Positions 58,609 to 64,000 of a DNA stretch of 64,000 nt are shown here, one piece after another (the stretch's first letter is position 1; the number at the start of each line of letters is the position of its first letter). Under the pieces are notes generated by a model. The model was not told the origin of the DNA. It saw only the letters and a list, made by a program, of their open reading frames with translations, and ran no database searches. This stretch comes from Candidatus Krumholzibacteriia bacterium (GTDB lineage: Bacteria > Krumholzibacteriota > Krumholzibacteriia > LZORAL124-64-63). The stretch is taken from contig JBFXKG010000008.1 in assembly GCA_050174015.1 (NCBI GenBank), positions 32,001 to 96,000 on the forward strand. Direction: 5' to 3'. The translations under genes were made by a program, and so were the position numbers.

Positions 58609-58706
58609 CCGGGAATTCAATCGGAACGGAAATTGCCTCCATTGTGCGAATTGGCGGAATGAACCCGCATTTTGCAAGAAATCCAGGCCCTCCGGCGGTG
58701 GGAAAT

Positions 58707-59978
58707 ATGCAAAGGAAAAAGCTTCTGATGGCGGTTTGGTCGCTCCTGGCCCTGGGTCTCGCCCTGTCGGCCTGTTACAACCCCATGTCCCCCGTGGAGA
58801 TCAACGCTCTGAGCGCTTCGCCCATCTCGGATCGGTCCATCCCCATCGCAGCCCTGGACTATTCAGTGGGCGATTTGACCGATCCGGACGTGGTGGCCAA
58901 GCTGGCCCGGGCCGACCTGCTGGTCCTGGGCACCTGGCAGTTCTGGGAAACCGACGTCGACCTGAGCCACATCCGAGCCGCCAACCCCGACATCAAGATC
59001 CTTGCCTATTTCCGCACCAAGTGCATCAGATCAATCTGGGCGCCCGAAGATGACAGCCAGAACCAGTACACTCAGCAACTCTATCGGGCTGCCATACCCT
59101 ATCTGGTCTCCACGACCGAAGGCGACACGGCATCGGACTGGTATGGAACCTATCTCTACGATTTTACCAATCCTCAGGCCAGGATTGATATGTTGGAGAT
59201 TTTTGCTCACTTCCAGGAGACTTCAACGAACCAGTTCGATGGTGTATTTTGGGATTATTTTTCGCCTACTCTTTGGATCCCTTACAACCTGGAGAATGTT
59301 TACGGTCGGCCCGACATGGACGGTGACGGGATCGCTCATCACGATGACCCCGACGAGATCGAACGATTCCTCCGCGGACAGGAGGCCTGGATCGACGAGA
59401 TGCGGGCGCGGCTGGGAGAAGACTTCATCCAGATCGCCAACGGGGTGCGGGCCCTGCAGGATTCGACCTTTGCGGCCAAGGTCGATGGGATGTTCTACGA
59501 GGACTTTCCAGCCCAGGGGTTCAACGGAATGGACGAGTTCCGGATGGCTCTCGATCCGGCCCAGTTCAACAACCTGTGGGCGGCTCACAACTGGCCGAGG
59601 ACCAGGAACGGCGGGCCGTGGTTGATTTTGTCCCATTATCAGAGTGCCGGCGTCTTTTTCGGCCCACCGCCGGATTACTTGCCGACCGTGATCGACGCTG
59701 ATGATTTGACGCGGGCCGTAGCCCTGCTGACCGACGCATCTGCCATAACCTACGAAGGGGACGGTGGTGTCCGGGACGCCGGCGTCCCCGAGGTGGAGTA
59801 CAACCTCGGCCCCCCCCTCGGCGGCGTCCAGAACAACTACCCGTACTACCGCCGGGATTTCGAGCGGGGCTACATCACCTTGACCATGCGGACAGGCGCC
59901 TATCCTTTCCCCTTCGACTTCGAGGTCTGGCAGGACGGCGTCATGATCCATCGGTCGCCGTATCCCGCGGCGAAATAG
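58707..59978 (+). CDS. Lipoprotein, putative TIM-barrel glycoside hydrolase-like
   Basis: Lipobox LSAC; NPDIKILAY, FDGVFWDY, DMDGDG, DGMFYE, YRRDFERG. Confidence 0.65.
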   Translation: MQRKKLLMAVWSLLALGLALSACYNPMSPVEINALSASPISDRSIPIAALDYSVGDLTDPDVVAKLARADLLVLGTWQFWETDVDLSHIRAANPDIKILAYFRTKCIRSIWAPEDDSQNQYTQQLYRAAIPYLVSTTEGDTASDWYGTYLYDFTNPQARIDMLEIFAHFQETSTNQFDGVFWDYFSPTLWIPYNLENVYGRPDMDGDGIAHHDDPDEIERFLRGQEAWIDEMRARLGEDFIQIANGVRALQDSTFAAKVDGMFYEDFPAQGFNGMDEFRMALDPAQFNNLWAAHNWPRTRNGGPWLILSHYQSAGVFFGPPPDYLPTVIDADDLTRAVALLTDASAITYEGDGGVRDAGVPEVEYNLGPPLGGVQNNYPYYRRDFERGYITLTMRTGAYPFPFDFEVWQDGVMIHRSPYPAAK

Positions 59979-59999
59979 CTGGGTATCCGAGAGAAGGGG

Positions 60000-60027
60000 A
60001 AAACCGGCCGGGCCACCGGCCGGTTTT
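60000..60027. terminator. Bidirectional intrinsic terminator
   Basis: AAAACCGGCCGG-gcca-CCGGCCGGTTTT between convergent genes. Confidence 0.85.
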
Positions 60028-60031
60028 ATTA

Positions 60032-61312
60032 TCAGATGAAGGACGTGAGCCAGTCCGAGCCGTAGATCTCCCGGGGGAAGATCTTGGGCACCAGACCGTA
60101 GAGGAACTGGCGCAGCTTCAGGGCCAGATGGCTGGCGTCGTGGGCCCCGCAGACGGTGCGCAGGTAGCTCTCGATGGTGAAGATCTGGATCTCGACCGGA
60201 TAACGATATGGCCGCCCGCCGTCCTCGCAGAGGATGTCCACGTCCCCCTTGAAGACCTTGAAGGACTTGCTGCTGAAGGTGTTCAGCTCGGCGCCCTCCG
60301 GAGCCTCGTTCAGGGTGTCGGTGACGTTGCGCCAGCCGAGGGGCGTGCCGATGCACGAATCCAGCAGGCCCAGCAGGTCGTTCAGCGCCTCGTTGTCGTT
60401 GACGATGAACATGGCCCCGATGATGTCGCCGATCTCGTCGGGGTTGTTGATGCCCTTGCGGATCATCTTGGAGAGGATGGATCCGCTGGTCTCCTGGCGC
60501 ATGTCACCCCAGCGGACGCTCTCGACCACCCGTCGCGCACCGTCCACGACCTCGAAGCTGATGGGCGTGACCGCGCGCTTGAACCGGCAGTTGTAGTAGA
60601 GGACGTCCAGGGCGAGGGTGCGGCCGCCGACGGGCTTCTCGATGAAGGTCGATCGGAAGTCCCAGCGCTGGTCGCCGGGCTCCGGCCGCGTGGAGTACAG
60701 GATGCGGTCACCGTCGGGATCGAGGTGGAAACCTATGGTGATGTCGTGGATCTGCTTCGTGTACTTCCAGAGCCCTTCGTTCAGCAGGTTCTCGAAGTTG
60801 GTCTTGTGATTGGGGCCTTCCTGGATGAGGCGGGTGTGGTCGATCTGCAAAAGCATCTGGGCCAGGTACAGCTTGCGCCGGGCCTCGTAGCGCAGGCGTT
60901 CGGATTCGCCGTAGAAGGAAAGGCCCATGAGATCCCGGACGTCCTTGCAGGAGGTCACCACGGGCAAGGGCAGCACGGCGTCCCGGCAATCGTGGGGCAA
61001 AAGCTCGATGGTCGAGGCGAGGTAGATGTCCGCTTCCACCAGGTACTCCGCAGCCATGGCCTGGAGTTCCCTGGCCCCAATGCCCTCGGCCTGGGCCGAG
61101 CCCAGGGGATAGAACAGCCGGGCCAGCTCCCGTCGATAGATCTCGTCGTCCTTGAGGACCCGCCGGTACGCCAGGCGGGTCAGGGTCTGCAGGCGGGAGG
61201 GCCGCCGGGTGAACCCGGGGTCCAGAAGAGGGTGGGCGGTGTAGTCCACCGCCCACATGTCCTTCTCGCTCTGGTGGTTGATCTTGGTGACGTCGATCCA
61301 GCTCTGGTACAT
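60032..61312 (-). CDS. Divergent RelA/SpoT-fold nucleotidyltransferase-like protein (TIGR04552-like)
   Basis: SILSKMIRK..DEIGDIIGAMFIV, NTFSSKSFK, YPVEIQIFT, ASHLALKLRQ. Confidence 0.65.
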   Translation of the reverse strand: MYQSWIDVTKINHQSEKDMWAVDYTAHPLLDPGFTRRPSRLQTLTRLAYRRVLKDDEIYRRELARLFYPLGSAQAEGIGARELQAMAAEYLVEADIYLASTIELLPHDCRDAVLPLPVVTSCKDVRDLMGLSFYGESERLRYEARRKLYLAQMLLQIDHTRLIQEGPNHKTNFENLLNEGLWKYTKQIHDITIGFHLDPDGDRILYSTRPEPGDQRWDFRSTFIEKPVGGRTLALDVLYYNCRFKRAVTPISFEVVDGARRVVESVRWGDMRQETSGSILSKMIRKGINNPDEIGDIIGAMFIVNDNEALNDLLGLLDSCIGTPLGWRNVTDTLNEAPEGAELNTFSSKSFKVFKGDVDILCEDGGRPYRYPVEIQIFTIESYLRTVCGAHDASHLALKLRQFLYGLVPKIFPREIYGSDWLTSFI

Positions 61313-61343
61313 GCCTCTCGCTTCGCTTCCGCCACCGGGCCGA

Positions 61344-62528
61344 TCAGATCATGTCCAGGACCCGCGCCAGATCCGCTTCCAGATCGGCGTACGTTTCGCA
61401 GCCGACGGCGATCCGGACCAGGTCGTCGCTGATACCGGCCTCCAGGCGTTCATCCAGGGGGATGCCGGCGTGGGTCATGCTGGCCGGATGCTCGATCAGC
61501 GACTCGATGCCGCCCAGGCTCACCGCCAGGGCCGGGATCTCGACGTTGTTGATCACGGTCTTGCCTGCCTCGAGCCCGCCCTTGACGCCGAAGCTGAAGA
61601 CGGCGCCGGGCCCCCGCATCTGCTTGCGTCCCAGTTCGTACTGGGGGTGGCTTTCAAGACCGGGATACCTCACCCACGACACCTTGGGATGCTTCTCCAG
61701 ATAGGCCGCCAGCTTGAGGGCGTTCTCCTGGGCCCGGTCCATCCTCAACCCCAGGCTCTTGACCCCGCGCAGGACCAGCCAGGCCTGATGGGGGTCCATG
61801 GTGCCGCCCATATTATAGTGAACCTTGCGCAAGCGCGCGAGGACTTCGGGGTCCTTCGCGACGACCATGCCGGCCACCACGTCGGTGTGCCCGTTGATGA
61901 ACTTGGTCATGCTGTGAAGGACGATGTCGGCCCCGAGTTCCAGGGGATTCTGCAGGTAGGGCGAGGCGAAGGTGTTGTCGGCCACCAGGAGAGCCCCGCC
62001 CTGGTGGGCGATCTCGGCGCAGGCCCGGATGTCGGTCAGGGCGAGGGTGGGGTTGGCGGGGGTCTCGATGTAGACCAGCTTGGTGTTGTCCCGCATCGCC
62101 TTGGCGACGTTCTCGGCGTTGCTGGCGTCGACGAACGAGTACTCCACGCCGAAGCGGGGGTATTCCGACTCGATGATCATCCGGCTGGGACCGTACAGGC
62201 TCTTGTGGCCGACGATGTGGGTGCCCTGGCCGAGGAAGGTCAGATAGACCATGTTGACCGCCGCCATGCCCGTGGCCGCCCCCAGACCTCCGCAGCCGCC
62301 CTCGAGGGTGGCGATGTTGTCCTCCAGGGCCTCGATGGTGGGGTTGCCAAGGCGGGTGTACTTGTAGCCGGGGGCGCCACCGAAACAGGCCGCGCCATGG
62401 TCGGCGTTCTTGAAGGCGAAGGTGCTGCTCTGGTAGATGGGGGTGGAGACGGCTCCGGTTGCGGGATCGACGTGCTGGCCCGCGTGGATGATGCGGGTCA
62501 TCATGCCTTTCTTCTCGACATCCTTCAT
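61344..62528 (-). CDS. Cys/Met metabolism PLP-dependent lyase (methionine gamma-lyase-like)
   Basis: PIYQSSTF, YTRLGNPT, GMAA, ETPANP, DNTF, HSMTKFINGH, AVSLGG.ESL. Confidence 0.92.
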   Translation of the reverse strand: MKDVEKKGMMTRIIHAGQHVDPATGAVSTPIYQSSTFAFKNADHGAACFGGAPGYKYTRLGNPTIEALEDNIATLEGGCGGLGAATGMAAVNMVYLTFLGQGTHIVGHKSLYGPSRMIIESEYPRFGVEYSFVDASNAENVAKAMRDNTKLVYIETPANPTLALTDIRACAEIAHQGGALLVADNTFASPYLQNPLELGADIVLHSMTKFINGHTDVVAGMVVAKDPEVLARLRKVHYNMGGTMDPHQAWLVLRGVKSLGLRMDRAQENALKLAAYLEKHPKVSWVRYPGLESHPQYELGRKQMRGPGAVFSFGVKGGLEAGKTVINNVEIPALAVSLGGIESLIEHPASMTHAGIPLDERLEAGISDDLVRIAVGCETYADLEADLARVLDMI

Positions 62529-62604
62529 TTCGATTTCCTTCCTGGCTCGCGGACGAGATGGCCAAGCATGCAGGCGGTCCGCCGGACGGCGGGATCCCCG
62601 GGCC

Positions 62605-62659
62605 TTGTTCGCACTGTGTACGCGGTCTATAATATGGCCTGCATCCCCTGCATTGCCAA
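62605..62659. promoter_or_regulatory. Overlapping divergent sigma70 promoters
   Basis: Plus strand TTGTTC(62605)-N17-TATAAT(62628); minus strand TTGGCA(62659)-N17-CATATT(62636). Confidence 0.55.
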
Positions 62660-62709
62660 AACCCTATCCCAGGTGGGATATCCGTCCCGGTCGTCCCACG
62701 GAGGTTCCC

Positions 62710-64000
62710 ATGCGACGCCCTGTTCCGATCTCTCCCAGGCCCGTCATCTTCCTCGTCTTCCTGGCCGTCGCGCTGGCCGGGGCGGCCGGCGGCGGAGCCG
62801 CTCCCCGCCAGGACTGGAACTTCCTGCCCGCACGCCAGATAGGAGCCGTCGACTTCATCGCCCAGCATCCCGGGTGGGACGGACGGGGCGTCGCCGTCGC
62901 CATCCTGGACACGGGAGTGGACGCCTTCGCCCCGGGAATGCAGACGACCTCCACGGGGGCGCCCAAGCTCATCGACGTGCGCGACTTCAGCACCGAGGGC
63001 GACTGGGAGACCGAGACCGCCGAGGTCGAGGACGGCGTCCTGCTGACCGCTGACGGATGGCGCCTGCGCGGTGCAGGGTCCCTGCCGGTCCCCCCGGTGA
63101 TGGACGATCCGGTGGACCGTCCGGTCTACATCGGGGTCATCGCGGAGAAGGACTTCGTCGACAACAGCAGCGTCAACGACCTGAACGACGACGGCGACAC
63201 CTCCGACCGTTTCGGGTTCCTGGTCTACCAGGCCGACCGCGCGGCCGTCGAGGCCGCCCTGGGGGTGGGCAAGGGATACGAGCTCCTGCAGGATCTGAAC
63301 GAGACCGCCGCAGCCACGGTGGCCCGCGAACGCCAGTCCCCCCGGGTCTGGCTCGTCGTGGTGGATACCGACGCGGACGGGGATCTCGCCGGCGAGAAGC
63401 TGCTGCGGGACTACCACGTCAACCACGACGCCTTCGCCCTGACCAGTCCCGGCGCGCCGGATTCGCGCGAGCTGATGGCCTGGGAGGTCAACGTGCGAGG
63501 CGAGGAGGACCATCTGGGCGCGCCCCTGCCGCCGACGGTGGAGTTCCACTTCGACGACGGCAGCCACGGGTCGCACTGCGCGGGCATCGCCGCGGGCAAC
63601 GACGTCGGCGGGCAGGCGGGCCTGGACGGCGCGGCGCCCGGAGCCTTCGTCCTGTCCCTGAAGCTGGGAGACAACCGCCTGGCCGGCGGCGCCACCCGCA
63701 CCGGCAGCATGAAGAAGGCCTACGAGTACGCCGCCGATTTCGAGGAGCGGTGGGGCATCCCCGTGGTCGTGAACATGAGCTTCGGCATCGCCTCGGTCGA
63801 GGAGGGCGACGACGCCATGGGCGAGTGGCTGGACGAGCTGCTGGCCGAGCATCCCACCCTTTACGTCTGCACCAGCGCCGGCAACGAAGGGCCGGGACTC
63901 TCCACGGTGGGTCTGCCCGCCACGGCGTACAGCGTCATCAGCTCGGGAGCCTACCTCTCCCGGGACACCGCCGCCGACCTCTACAACGCCCGCATGGCCA
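62710..64000 (+). CDS. Secreted S8 peptidase, tripeptidyl-peptidase II-like (runs off the window)
   Basis: Not in the ORF track; translated by hand. Signal peptide; WDGRGVAVAILDTGVD..APGMQTT.TG.PKLIDVRDF; HGSHCAGIAAG; GAAPGA..LSLKLGDNRL; NMSFG; SAGNEGPGLSTVG. Confidence 0.9.
   Translation, partial: MRRPVPISPRPVIFLVFLAVALAGAAGGGAAPRQDWNFLPARQIGAVDFIAQHPGWDGRGVAVAILDTGVDAFAPGMQTTSTGAPKLIDVRDFSTEGDWETETAEVEDGVLLTADGWRLRGAGSLPVPPVMDDPVDRPVYIGVIAEKDFVDNSSVNDLNDDGDTSDRFGFLVYQADRAAVEAALGVGKGYELLQDLNETAAATVARERQSPRVWLVVVDTDADGDLAGEKLLRDYHVNHDAFALTSPGAPDSRELMAWEVNVRGEEDHLGAPLPPTVEFHFDDGSHGSHCAGIAAGNDVGGQAGLDGAAPGAFVLSLKLGDNRLAGGATRTGSMKKAYEYAADFEERWGIPVVVNMSFGIASVEEGDDAMGEWLDELLAEHPTLYVCTSAGNEGPGLSTVGLPATAYSVISSGAYLSRDTAADLYNARMA

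Noticed and set aside
62529..62630. SAM riboswitch upstream of the Met/Cys lyase
   Set aside because: No SAM-I or SAM-II core sequences recognisable in the leader

Overview
This is GC-rich bacterial chromosomal DNA. Secreted proteins with FlgD-Ig-like C-terminal domains, a short C-terminal 'xGSVRSLFR' tail and futalosine-pathway menaquinone genes point to an FCB-group candidate lineage such as Krumholzibacteriota or Latescibacterota (inference only). The left part (1-25 kb) holds a TPR protein, a secreted alpha/beta hydrolase, an SBP-histidine kinase-sigma54 regulator-SppA operon, S9/CPBP/M14 peptidases, a stand-alone DUF222-like HNH nuclease with its own consensus promoter beside a ~300-nt hairpin-dense intergenic segment, mdh, a methyltransferase, a NUDIX protein and an intact archaeal-type topoisomerase VI (top6B-top6A). 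The middle (26-55 kb) is a Wza/Wzc/Wzy-type polysaccharide locus with many tailoring genes: two CapK-like ligases, an MBOAT plus SGNH-like partner, a deacetylase, a CapA-like protein, a Thr-type sulfatase-like protein, and a BY-kinase lacking the Walker A Lys. The right part (55-64 kb) holds mqnA-mqnC-sulfotransferase, a glycoside-hydrolase-like lipoprotein, a divergent RelA/SpoT-fold (TIGR04552-like) protein behind a Met/Cys gamma-lyase, and the start of a secreted TPP II-like subtilase. I saw no tRNA, rRNA, CRISPR array or transposase. All family calls come from reading motifs by eye; no database search was run.
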